Assembly (NCBI GenBank): GCA_028699255.1
Contig: JAQVUX010000007.1
Coordinates: forward strand, 24,670-88,669
DNA length: 64,000 nt
Direction: 5' to 3'
Source: Candidatus Omnitrophota bacterium
GTDB lineage: Bacteria > Omnitrophota > Gorgyraeia > 2-01-FULL-45-10
The position numbers and the translations under genes were made by a program. Shown in pieces: positions 38,855-47,955 of the stretch. Each line of letters begins with the position of its first letter. The first letter of the stretch is position 1. The notes beneath the pieces are model-generated. The model worked only from the letters and a program-made list of their open reading frames with translations, was not told the origin of the DNA and did not search any database.

Positions 38855-39948
38855 AAAATCCCCGCTATCCTCTCTACTTCTTCTTTTATTACATTTAGGC
38901 ACGCCCTATATCCGGCGGCATCCATCCCTATCGGATCGGGTATCTCCGGATCCGCGGGCTTTCCCGACACCATTCCATACTCTCGTAACAAAAAAGTCTT
39001 GCCGGCGGCCTCGGGCACCTGTCTTATTATTTCGCTCTTGTGTGCCCGGCTCATTACAAATATCAGGTCGGACTCTTTTATAATATCGTCGGTAATGCTC
39101 GTGGAGCGCATGCCCGACACATCGACACCTTCGGAATCCATCACGTTTATAGTCTCGACCATAGGCGGAAATCCGTCTATAGCCCGTGTCCCGGCTGAAC
39201 GTACCGTTATACCGGGCTTGCCGAGTTCTTCCAGGCGTTTTTTAAGCAAACCTTCCGCCATTATCGAACGGCAGGAGTTGCCGGTGCAGATAAATAAAAC
39301 CGATTTAACGTTGGGCATAAAATTACTGTTTATTTTTATGGCTTCCAATATTTCCGCGGTGCTTATCGCCCCTTCCCGCAATACCTTCGGCGGCGTAACG
39401 CTCATATCCACAACCGTCGATTCTATGCCGACTTTTGCGGGCCCGGCTGACAGTAAAATATCTATCAGGCCGTCCATCTGCGCTAAAACCTCCTGCGGGG
39501 TCACCGGGGGAGTGCGTCCGCTTATATTTGCGCTGGGCACAGCTACCGGAAATCCCGCATGCTTAAGAAGCATGATGGCCGTCTTGTTCGCCGGCATCCT
39601 GAATCCGGTCTTTCGGCCGTCGCCCGTTTTCAATATTATCGTAAGAGGGCCGGGCCAGTATTTATCAACGAGCGCTTTTGCCTGAGGCGCCAGATCACAG
39701 CCAAATTTCGTTATCATGGCAATGTCGCAGATCATGACGGTAAAAGGCTTATCCGCAGGCCTTGCCTTGACTTTGTTCAATCTCGCGATCGCGCGCTCGT
39801 CCAGAAGATTGGCGCCCAGGCCGTAAACCGTTTCGGTAGGAAACGCCACGAGCTGTCCGCTTTTTAGCGCGTCGGCGGCGACAGCTATTATTTTTTCATC
39901 CGGATTTTCCGGATCTATTTTAAGAACAAGTGTTTTTATTTTTTCCAC
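38851..39948 (-). CDS. L-threonylcarbamoyladenylate synthase (Sua5/YrdC/YwlC) fused to a low-molecular-weight protein phosphatase (YwlE-like)
   Basis: N-terminal 'VAFPTETVYGLGAN' YrdC motif; C-terminal 'VLFICTGNSCRS' LMW-PTP P-loop. Confidence 0.75.
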   Translation of the reverse strand: MEKIKTLVLKIDPENPDEKIIAVAADALKSGQLVAFPTETVYGLGANLLDERAIARLNKVKARPADKPFTVMICDIAMITKFGCDLAPQAKALVDKYWPGPLTIILKTGDGRKTGFRMPANKTAIMLLKHAGFPVAVPSANISGRTPPVTPQEVLAQMDGLIDILLSAGPAKVGIESTVVDMSVTPPKVLREGAISTAEILEAIKINSNFMPNVKSVLFICTGNSCRSIMAEGLLKKRLEELGKPGITVRSAGTRAIDGFPPMVETINVMDSEGVDVSGMRSTSITDDIIKESDLIFVMSRAHKSEIIRQVPEAAGKTFLLREYGMVSGKPADPEIPDPIGMDAAGYRACLNVIKEEVERIAGIL

Positions 39949-40455
39949 TTACAAATTACACTTTACGCATTTTTTATTTTTCTGCCTGATGTTATCGCAA
40001 AGTTCTTTTTTAAATTTCACGAGCTGTTTCTCGATCCTTTTGTCGTTAAGACTAAGTATCTGGAGCGCCAATAATCCTGCATTCCTGGCTCCGGAGACAC
40101 CTATGCTGACCGTAGCCACCGGTACCCCGGACGGCATCTGGACGGTTGAAAATAATGAGTCGATACCTTTCAATTCTTTAGTCTCCATCGGAACGCCTAT
40201 TACCGGCAGTGTGGTATGGCTGGCGATGACTCCCGCAAGATGCGCGGCTCCGCCGGCGGCCGCTATTATGACTTTGAAGCCCCGGGCTCTGGCTGAGGCC
40301 GCAAACTTAGCCGTATCATGCGGCGAACGGTGCGCGGACAATATCTTCATCTCGTATCCCGTGCCGTTATCCCGCAGGATCTTCGCCGTTTCGTTCATGA
40401 CCGGCATATCGGAATCGCTTCCCATCACGATCGCAATAAATGTTTTTTTAGGCAT
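39949..40455 (-). CDS. purE: N5-carboxyaminoimidazole ribonucleotide mutase
   Basis: 168 aa; 'VMGSDSD' and 'SAHR' PurE motifs. Confidence 0.85.
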   Translation of the reverse strand: MPKKTFIAIVMGSDSDMPVMNETAKILRDNGTGYEMKILSAHRSPHDTAKFAASARARGFKVIIAAAGGAAHLAGVIASHTTLPVIGVPMETKELKGIDSLFSTVQMPSGVPVATVSIGVSGARNAGLLALQILSLNDKRIEKQLVKFKKELCDNIRQKNKKCVKCNL

Positions 40456-40490
40456 TGAGCCTCCTTAAAATTACACTCACTAAATGCGGA

Positions 40491-41783
40491 TTATTTCCTT
40501 TTGATCGCCCGCGCTCCTATATCTCTTCTGTAGTGCATCTTATCAAAATGCACCGCCCTGACCGCATTATAACAATTGTCCATCGCTTCCTGCATATTGT
40601 CTCCGAGAGCGGTAATATTTAAAACCCTGCCACCGGATGTAATAAGTAATCCCTGCGCGTCCGTAGCGCGTCTGCCAAGTTTTGTGCCCGCATGGAATAT
40701 TATGACATCTTTCATCGCCGCCGCTTCATCGAGGCCTTTTATCTCCATACCCTTATCGAACTTATTAGGATATCCGCCGGAGGCCGCCACGACCGATACA
40801 CAAGGCCTGGGATCCCAGACGAGAGAAAGGTTCGCGAGATTTCCCGCGGCCGAACGCTCCATCGCCTCGACCAGATCGCTCTTAAGCCGCGGCATTATAG
40901 CCTGCGTTTCGGGATCGCCAAAACGGGCGTTGAATTCCAGGACAAACGGGCCATCCTTAGTTATCATTATGCCGGCGTAAAGTACACCTCTATAAGGTGT
41001 GCCCTCCTTCGCCAGCGTATCTATGATCGGCCGGAGCATCTTATCGATTATCTCTTTAAAAAGAGATTCGGTAACAACAGGTGCGGGAGAATACGCGCCC
41101 ATACCGCCCGTATTGGCTCCCATGTCGCCATCGAATATTCTTTTATGATCCTGGCTTGAGGCAAGCGGCACTATATTTTTACCGTCGGAAAGGACTATTA
41201 TTGAGGCCTCTTCACCAAAAAGGCAATCTTCTATTATAATTTTATCGCCCGAAGCGCCGAATACCCTATCGACCATCATCGTCTTTAAGGCCGTCTTCAC
41301 GTCACCGATAGTCTTGCATATCACCACGCCTTTGCCGGCGCATAAACCATCCGCCTTTACGACGAGCGGCAGTTTCCTGCCCGAGGCATATTTAACAGCG
41401 GCGTCAAAATCGCTGAATACCTCGAAAGCGGCCGTAGGAACAAGCGCGCGCTGCATAAGGCGTTTCGCGAATATCTTACTGCCCTCTATCGCGGCGCAAT
41501 CTTTCGTCGGGCCGAATATCCTTAAACCTTCCTTCTGAAATCTATCGACGATACCTTTTACCAGCGCCGCTTCCGGGCCGACCACGGTAAAGTCTATTCT
41601 GTTGGATTTGGCAAATTTCAGGAGGGAGTCAACATCATCCGCTTCTATATTGACGAGCTCCGCCACATTAGCAATACCACCGTTACCGGGAGCGCAATAG
41701 ATCTTCGAGCATTTAGTACTCTGGGCTATCTTCCAGCATAGCGCATGTTCCCGCCCGCCGGAACCGACTACAAGTATCCGCAT
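40491..41783 (-). CDS. purD: phosphoribosylamine-glycine ligase
   Basis: ATP-grasp; 'MRILVVGSGGREHAL' N-terminus. Confidence 0.85.
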   Translation of the reverse strand: MRILVVGSGGREHALCWKIAQSTKCSKIYCAPGNGGIANVAELVNIEADDVDSLLKFAKSNRIDFTVVGPEAALVKGIVDRFQKEGLRIFGPTKDCAAIEGSKIFAKRLMQRALVPTAAFEVFSDFDAAVKYASGRKLPLVVKADGLCAGKGVVICKTIGDVKTALKTMMVDRVFGASGDKIIIEDCLFGEEASIIVLSDGKNIVPLASSQDHKRIFDGDMGANTGGMGAYSPAPVVTESLFKEIIDKMLRPIIDTLAKEGTPYRGVLYAGIMITKDGPFVLEFNARFGDPETQAIMPRLKSDLVEAMERSAAGNLANLSLVWDPRPCVSVVAASGGYPNKFDKGMEIKGLDEAAAMKDVIIFHAGTKLGRRATDAQGLLITSGGRVLNITALGDNMQEAMDNCYNAVRAVHFDKMHYRRDIGARAIKRK

Positions 41784-42790
41784 GAACATCCTTCCCGGAT
41801 GATAACTTCCTTCTTACCTTTTATGACACTGCCTATAAGGTGCGCGCTGACGCCGGAGGCCTTTAACACCGCGATCGATTTATCGGCATCGGCCGGCGAC
41901 ACTACAACCACCATGCCTATGCCCATATTGAGCGCCCTGTACATTTCTTTATCGTCGACTCTCCCGGCCTTCTTTATCTTTAAAAATATCTCCGGCACCC
42001 GCCACGAATCTTTATATATCTTGATGGCCATGCCGGACGGTATTATCCGCGGTATCTTATCGTAGAAAGCGCCGCCGGTTATATTGGCAATACCTTTAAT
42101 ATCTATCTTCTTTTTAAGCTCAAGGACGCTCTTACTATAAAGCCGCGTCGGCGCCAGAAGCTCTTTCGAATATCTCTTCAACTCTTTAGCGCCAAACGCC
42201 TTCCTGATGAGCGAATAACCGTTCGAATGCGGTCCGGTCGATTCCAGGCCTATTACCACATCGCCTATCTTCGTAGCATGTCCGTCGATAACATCTTTTC
42301 TATCTACGATACCGACGCCAAACCCCGCAAGGTCGTACTCACCCGGCGCGTAGATCCCCGGCATCTCCGCCGTCTCTCCTCCTACCAGCGCGTATCCGGC
42401 TTCGCGGCAACCGTCGGCGATGCCTTTCACGACATCACGCAAAACGGACGAACGTATCTTCCCCGTCGAGACATAGTCGAGAAAGAAGAGTCCCTCCGCG
42501 CCCGAACAGAGTATGTCGTTGGCGCTCATCGCGACTAAGTCTATGCCGATCGTGTCGTGTTTATCGGCTAAGAATGCTATCTTGAGTTTTGTGCCGACCC
42601 CATCGGTAGAGGATACGAGTATCGGATCCGCGAACCTGCGGAAGTCGGGCCTGAAGAGCGCGCCGAAAGAACCGACCTCGCTCATGACACCCTTTATCTT
42701 AGTCGAAGCGGCAAAGCGCTTGTACGACTTCACAAGCTCGTTCGCCTTATCGATATCGACTCCGGAGGATTTATAAGTTAATCGCTTCAT
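41768..42790 (-). CDS. purM: phosphoribosylformylglycinamidine cyclo-ligase (AIR synthetase)
   Basis: PurM family; start moved to 'MKRLTYKSSGVD' to avoid overlapping purC. Confidence 0.8.
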   Translation of the reverse strand: MKRLTYKSSGVDIDKANELVKSYKRFAASTKIKGVMSEVGSFGALFRPDFRRFADPILVSSTDGVGTKLKIAFLADKHDTIGIDLVAMSANDILCSGAEGLFFLDYVSTGKIRSSVLRDVVKGIADGCREAGYALVGGETAEMPGIYAPGEYDLAGFGVGIVDRKDVIDGHATKIGDVVIGLESTGPHSNGYSLIRKAFGAKELKRYSKELLAPTRLYSKSVLELKKKIDIKGIANITGGAFYDKIPRIIPSGMAIKIYKDSWRVPEIFLKIKKAGRVDDKEMYRALNMGIGMVVVVSPADADKSIAVLKASGVSAHLIGSVIKGKKEVIIREGCSCGYL

Positions 42791-42794
42791 TTTC

Positions 42795-43499
42795 TTACTC
42801 CAGCACCCGGCGCAGGACCTCCTGGTATGCTTCTTCGACACCGCCCAGATCGCGGCGGAAACGGTCTTTATCGAGCTTCTCGTTGGTCTCTTTATCCCAG
42901 AGCCGGCAAGTATCCGGAGAAACTTCGTCGGCTAAAATTATCTTGTTCTTGTAACGGCCGAACTCAAGCTTGAAATCGACCAGCGTAAGAGCCTTGGAAT
43001 TAAAGAATGTCTTGAGCGCCTCATTAACCATAAATGAGTATTTCTTTATCGTATCAAGCTCTTTATCGGTAGCGATATCGAGGGCCCTGATATGATATTC
43101 GTTGATAAGCGGATCGTGGAGCTTGTCTTCCTTGTAATGATATTCGAGAACCGCCTCTTTTAAAACTATCCCCTCCTCGAGGCCGAGGAGCTTCGCCATG
43201 CCGCCGGCTACGATATTACGCACCGTAACCTCGACGGGCACTATCTGCACTCTCTTGACAAGCATATCCCTGTCGTTTAAGCGTTTCACGAAATGCGTAG
43301 GTATCCCCTTCTTCGACAGGAGTGTAAATATTTTTTCGGATAACTTATTATTTATAATGCCTTTGTTAACTATCGTGCCCCGCTTCGTCGCGTCGAAAGC
43401 CGTAGCGTCGTCCTTAAACTCCTGTATTAGTAAATCCGGGTCTTCGGTCTCGAACAATATCTTGGCTTTGCCTTCATATATCTGTTTCAATTTATTCAT
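42795..43499 (-). CDS. purC: SAICAR synthetase
   Basis: 234 aa; 'YEGKAKILF' N-terminus. Confidence 0.85.
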   Translation of the reverse strand: MNKLKQIYEGKAKILFETEDPDLLIQEFKDDATAFDATKRGTIVNKGIINNKLSEKIFTLLSKKGIPTHFVKRLNDRDMLVKRVQIVPVEVTVRNIVAGGMAKLLGLEEGIVLKEAVLEYHYKEDKLHDPLINEYHIRALDIATDKELDTIKKYSFMVNEALKTFFNSKALTLVDFKLEFGRYKNKIILADEVSPDTCRLWDKETNEKLDKDRFRRDLGGVEEAYQEVLRRVLE

Positions 43500-43521
43500 C
43501 TCTTCTCCTATCCGGTATGCG

Positions 43522-44814
43522 CTAAATCCCTACTTTTCTGAATATCCTGTCGACATTCTTCATGTAATATTTGATGTCGAATATCTCCTCTATCTCCTCT
43601 TCATTCAAGACCGAGCGGATACCGTCGTCCGATAACACCGCGGCCTTGAATTCGATCCCCGCTTCTTTGGCGTTAAAAGCCGCCGCCTGTATTTTGTCAT
43701 ACGCCTCATTGCGAGTAAGCCCTTTATCTATCATGTTAACCAGAAGGCGTCCTGAAAACACGATCCCCTTGGACATATTCAGGTTCTCGAGCATCCTGTC
43801 CTGGTGGACTACTAAATGGGCTATAATATCCATGAATTTGTTCAGCATATAATCGAGCGCGATCGTCGAATCCGGGAGGATAACACGCTCCGCCGACGAG
43901 TGCGATATGTCGCGCTCGTGCCATAGTACCATATTCTCCATTGAGACGAGCGCGTTCGCGCGGAGTATCCTGGCAAGGCCTGCGATCCTCTCGCATGTGA
44001 TAGGGTTCTTCTTGTGCGGCATGGCGCTCGACCCCTTTTGCGTCTTCGAGAAATACTCTTCGACCTCGCCTATCTCCGTATGCTGGAGGTTCCTGAATTC
44101 CGTCGCGAATTTCTCGAGGGACGTTCCCATGATAGCTATGGCACTCAAAAACTCCGCGTGGCGGTCACGCTGAAGTATCTGGTTCGATGAGCGCGCGGGT
44201 TTGAGGCCGAGTTTTTTGCAGGTATACTCCTCCACAAACGGGTCGATATTCGCGTATGTACCGACGGCGCCCGATATCTTCCCGACGGATATCGTCTGGC
44301 GGGCGCGTTCCAGGCGTTCAAGCGAACGCCGCGTCTCATCGTAATATAACGCCAACTTCAGCCCGAATGTCGTAGGTTCCGCGTGGACAGAATGCGTCCT
44401 GCCGGCCATAAGCGTCTTCTTGTGTTGACACGCCTTGCGAGCCATTATCTTTAGAAGTTTTTGCGCGTCTTCGATCAGAATATCACAGGCATCGCGCATC
44501 TGGACTGAAAGCGCGGTGTCGAGCACATCGCTCGAGGTAAGCCCCATGTGTACATATTTCGCGTCTTCACCGATGTGCTCGGAGATGTTCTTTAAGAAAG
44601 CGATGACGTCGTGGTTCGTCTCCAGTTCGATCTCGCGTATCCGCTCGACGCTAAAACGAGCCTTCTTCTGTATCTGGAATAAGGATTGCTTGGGTATCTT
44701 CCCGAGCCTTGCGAGAGCCTCGCAGGCAAATAGCTCGACATCGAGCATAGCTTTGAAGCGGTTCTCGTCGCTCCATATCGCCGACATCCTGGGCAGTGAG
44801 TATCTGGGTATCAT
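43522..44814 (-). CDS. purB: adenylosuccinate lyase
   Basis: 430 aa; fumarase/aspartase family 'SSAMPHKKNP' signature. Confidence 0.85.
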   Translation of the reverse strand: MIPRYSLPRMSAIWSDENRFKAMLDVELFACEALARLGKIPKQSLFQIQKKARFSVERIREIELETNHDVIAFLKNISEHIGEDAKYVHMGLTSSDVLDTALSVQMRDACDILIEDAQKLLKIMARKACQHKKTLMAGRTHSVHAEPTTFGLKLALYYDETRRSLERLERARQTISVGKISGAVGTYANIDPFVEEYTCKKLGLKPARSSNQILQRDRHAEFLSAIAIMGTSLEKFATEFRNLQHTEIGEVEEYFSKTQKGSSAMPHKKNPITCERIAGLARILRANALVSMENMVLWHERDISHSSAERVILPDSTIALDYMLNKFMDIIAHLVVHQDRMLENLNMSKGIVFSGRLLVNMIDKGLTRNEAYDKIQAAAFNAKEAGIEFKAAVLSDDGIRSVLNEEEIEEIFDIKYYMKNVDRIFRKVGI

Positions 44815-44843
44815 GTATCCGCCTTATGGTAATTGACTATATT

Positions 44844-44878
44844 TAGAGATAATATTTTATATTATATTGCGGGTGAGT
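44844..44878 (-). promoter_or_regulatory. candidate sigma70 promoter of the purB-purC-purM-purD-purE...glyA gene string
   Basis: Minus strand TTGACA-16nt-TATAAA(AT) upstream of purB; SD 'AAGGCGGA' before ATG. Confidence 0.4.
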
Positions 44879-44907
44879 GTCAACCTATTGTTTGAGAAGG
44901 CAATTCG

Positions 44908-45855
44908 CTACTCTTTATGCTTACCGCATCTTGAACCAAGATGGCCTGCAGTACTATTATTAACCAATATCCTGGTAATATCGCACCGGTTCGGGCAATC
45001 ATCGCATATAAAAAATTCCGTTCCAATATCGTCCTCCAGCACATCGAACCCTTTAAACTTTGTCTGCCCGATACCTTCTTTTATCGCAAGAAGCGCCGCC
45101 CCTATAGCTCCGGTGATCTTGTGCTCTTTCGGCACAGTCATCTTTAGCCCCAGTTCACGCTCGAAAGCGGCTACCACACCCTGGTTGGAGGCTACCCCAC
45201 CGACAAATACGACTGGCGTGAGAATAGGCCTGTTCTTCGCGACGCTATTTATAAAATTCCTCACAAGGCCTTCGCACAGGCCGTTGACGATATCTTCCGC
45301 CTTACATCCCATAGCGGCTTTATGTATCATATCGCTTTCCGAAAATACCGCGCACTTGGCCGCGATGTTAACTTTGAGCGTCGATCTCGAAGCGTAATTG
45401 CCAAATTCCTCTATGGGTATTTTAAGCCGGTGGGCCTGAGACGTTAAAAAGGAGCCGGTGCCGGCGGCGCACAGTGTGTTCAGGTTATACCAGACAGGTA
45501 CGCCGTTTTTGAGCGCTATCGCCTTGGAATCCTGTCCGCCGATCTCGATGATAGAGGCAACGCCTGAATCATAATGCAGGGCAGACACCGTCTGTGCCGT
45601 CACTTCATTTTTAATAATATCGGCGCCCATAAGAAGCGCTGCTATCTTCCTGCCGCTACCGGTAACGCCTACACCATCTATCCGAAAATCCTGTTTGTGC
45701 GCTTCCTCTCTTATCCGATGTAGCGCCTGCTTAAGCGCCTTGATCGGCATTCCCGCGGTATCCAGGTAAACACTGGAGCGCAAATTCTTTTCTTCGTCCA
45801 GCACCGCCATCTTGACAGAGACCGAACCTATGTCAACTCCGAGGAAAAATTTCAC
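44908..45855 (-). CDS. BadF/BadG/BcrA/BcrD-type ATPase (acyl-CoA dehydratase activase-like) with C-terminal Cys cluster
   Basis: 315 aa; ASKHA fold 'GVDIGSVSVKMAV'; C-terminal 'CDDCPNRC...C'. Confidence 0.6.
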   Translation of the reverse strand: MKFFLGVDIGSVSVKMAVLDEEKNLRSSVYLDTAGMPIKALKQALHRIREEAHKQDFRIDGVGVTGSGRKIAALLMGADIIKNEVTAQTVSALHYDSGVASIIEIGGQDSKAIALKNGVPVWYNLNTLCAAGTGSFLTSQAHRLKIPIEEFGNYASRSTLKVNIAAKCAVFSESDMIHKAAMGCKAEDIVNGLCEGLVRNFINSVAKNRPILTPVVFVGGVASNQGVVAAFERELGLKMTVPKEHKITGAIGAALLAIKEGIGQTKFKGFDVLEDDIGTEFFICDDCPNRCDITRILVNNSTAGHLGSRCGKHKE

Positions 45856-46781
45856 CGAGCGTCCTTTCTCATCTTCACCATATCCGCAAACGACTCTATC
45901 CTGGTCTGCCAGTGTGTTTCCAGTGTCGCCTCATCTATACTCAGAAACAATACCGGCATATTATAGTCACGGCTTATACACTCCACTATAGGCTCAATGG
46001 CCGTTTCCGGATTGCACGCAAAAGGCTTAAGCATCACAACGCCGTCGTAGCCTTCCTCCGCATACTTAACCATTTTTACCAGGTTCTCGTTGGCATGGCC
46101 GCCAATCCTCGCAGGAAAATATTTGCCGGCTATCCTGCCATATCTGCTTACACCGCTTATACCGAACATGTCCTGGAAAAGCATTTCTAGATTCGTAGAA
46201 AGACACAGCCACCTATCCACAAACAGGCCCATACTTTGCAGCTTTTTGACTATATCCATATTGAGCGTACTTTCATTGCAGACATATACTTCGCCTATTA
46301 TGCCTACCCTGGTATCTGAAGAAATATTTATTTTTTCTTCGACAGCGTCGAGCGCCTTTACTTTTTTAAAGAACTCCGCCATTGTCTTTATCAGCTTCAG
46401 CAATGATATATCCGGGAATATCCGTTTTATGTCGCGGTAAAATTTGAGCGGCCGGCGCACGCTCAAAGAACACATCCTGAAATCATAACCGAGATCCTTC
46501 ATTATCCGAGCCTGCACAACGGCATAACAGCGCAAAATACACCAACCATACGTATTAGCCATAACGATCGTGTCGGCCCCGCCCTCCACCGCCTCGATCA
46601 TAGTACCGAGAGTTATCTTGAACGGATAGCATATGTCGCCGGGCGAGTATCTGGTACCAAGTTCGATGGTACGTTTAGTTATAGGCGGAGGGTCGACAAC
46701 TTCAGCGCCGAGTTCCCGGAAAAGCCAGGATAAAACTACGGTATATTGGCCGTATCGAGGAAATGATAATTTTGGTTTCAT
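45852..46781 (-). CDS. DUF2229-like protein (activase-associated uncharacterised domain)
   Basis: 309 aa; 4-nt overlap with the upstream ATPase gene; family call from memory. Confidence 0.4.
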   Translation of the reverse strand: MKPKLSFPRYGQYTVVLSWLFRELGAEVVDPPPITKRTIELGTRYSPGDICYPFKITLGTMIEAVEGGADTIVMANTYGWCILRCYAVVQARIMKDLGYDFRMCSLSVRRPLKFYRDIKRIFPDISLLKLIKTMAEFFKKVKALDAVEEKINISSDTRVGIIGEVYVCNESTLNMDIVKKLQSMGLFVDRWLCLSTNLEMLFQDMFGISGVSRYGRIAGKYFPARIGGHANENLVKMVKYAEEGYDGVVMLKPFACNPETAIEPIVECISRDYNMPVLFLSIDEATLETHWQTRIESFADMVKMRKDAR

Positions 46782-47527
46782 GCATTATCTTTCGAAAGCG
46801 ATGGTAGGCGTAGCATTGATACCCACGAGTATGTCGCCATAAATAAACACACAGCTTGTGCAAAAGTTATACCCATAAATATAGGCGGGCTATCCACTCT
46901 AAAAAATTCGATGAAAAACCTACCGATGCAATATAAAAAAAGAGTTAGCAGGAAAGTCTTCCCCGGAATGTTTTTCCACCTTCCATATACAACTCTGGCT
47001 GTTAGATATACGGTAATAAGCAGAATGGCCTCATATATTTGCGTAGGATGCCTTACTATATTATCAACTAATTCGAATGTAACCCCAAAATACGAGCCTG
47101 TGGGCCTTCCATAACAGCAACCCGCCATAAAACATCCGACCCGTACAAAAGCCTGGCTAAATATAAGGAACGGCGCAAGGTAATCTGCTAAGGTCGGAAA
47201 ATCTTTACGGGCAATTATCGAATAAACGGCAATCGCTATTATGTTAAATAGCAGGGCTCCAAAATAAGCAAATCCGTTTTTCATTGAAAAAATATTTGGA
47301 ATCGTGAGTCTGTGATATCCTTGATACAGAATGATATGCAATATTCTTGAACCGAGTAAACCCATTATAAGAAATGTAAAACCGATGCACGCCAACGCCG
47401 TACGGCTCATTATAAAATCACGCGGTCTCAAATATATTATTAGCGCAATACAGATAAAAGCGCCGGAAAGAAGTAATACATGCCAACTCGAAATAGTTGC
47501 ATTACATATGTTAATGTTCGGACACAT
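46778..47527 (-). CDS. lgt: prolipoprotein diacylglyceryl transferase
   Basis: 249 aa, 7 TM; 'RVGCFMAGCCYGRPT' and 'RHPTQIYEA' Lgt signature motifs. Confidence 0.7.
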   Translation of the reverse strand: MCPNINICNATISSWHVLLLSGAFICIALIIYLRPRDFIMSRTALACIGFTFLIMGLLGSRILHIILYQGYHRLTIPNIFSMKNGFAYFGALLFNIIAIAVYSIIARKDFPTLADYLAPFLIFSQAFVRVGCFMAGCCYGRPTGSYFGVTFELVDNIVRHPTQIYEAILLITVYLTARVVYGRWKNIPGKTFLLTLFLYCIGRFFIEFFRVDSPPIFMGITFAQAVCLFMATYSWVSMLRLPSLSKDNA

Positions 47528-47955
47528 TAGTACCCAATCGAACCATTTTGATCCATAGTAATAATACCTATATTTTCAAAATATTTTGTTGTTGCCAGGC
47601 ACCCTTTACCTGTAGTTTGCGCGGTAGAATTAAATGTACCGATAAATGTGGTGGTCGTAGCGGAAACACTATACTCGAGGGATTCGGTATATCGGCCATT
47701 CATATATATATCTTTCATATAAACACTTAAAGGCCCGGCGGCCCATTGATTTTTATTTACGCTTACATAACTACCATACTCGATGTAATACAACTGTTCC
47801 GCCGTCCTGATAGTACCAAGTGTAACTATTGCTTCTGACTGTTTCGCTTTCTTTATATTCCCCGACATCATAGGAAGCGCTATTGCCGATAATATACAAA
47901 TAATAATAATTACTATTAATAGTTCTATCATTGTGAAACCTTTTTCATTTATCAT
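47527..47955 (-). CDS. type IV pilin / pseudopilin-like protein
   Basis: 'MINEKGFTMIELLIVIIIIC' prepilin leader; start moved to this Met. Confidence 0.75.
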   Translation of the reverse strand: MINEKGFTMIELLIVIIIICILSAIALPMMSGNIKKAKQSEAIVTLGTIRTAEQLYYIEYGSYVSVNKNQWAAGPLSVYMKDIYMNGRYTESLEYSVSATTTTFIGTFNSTAQTTGKGCLATTKYFENIGIITMDQNGSIGY

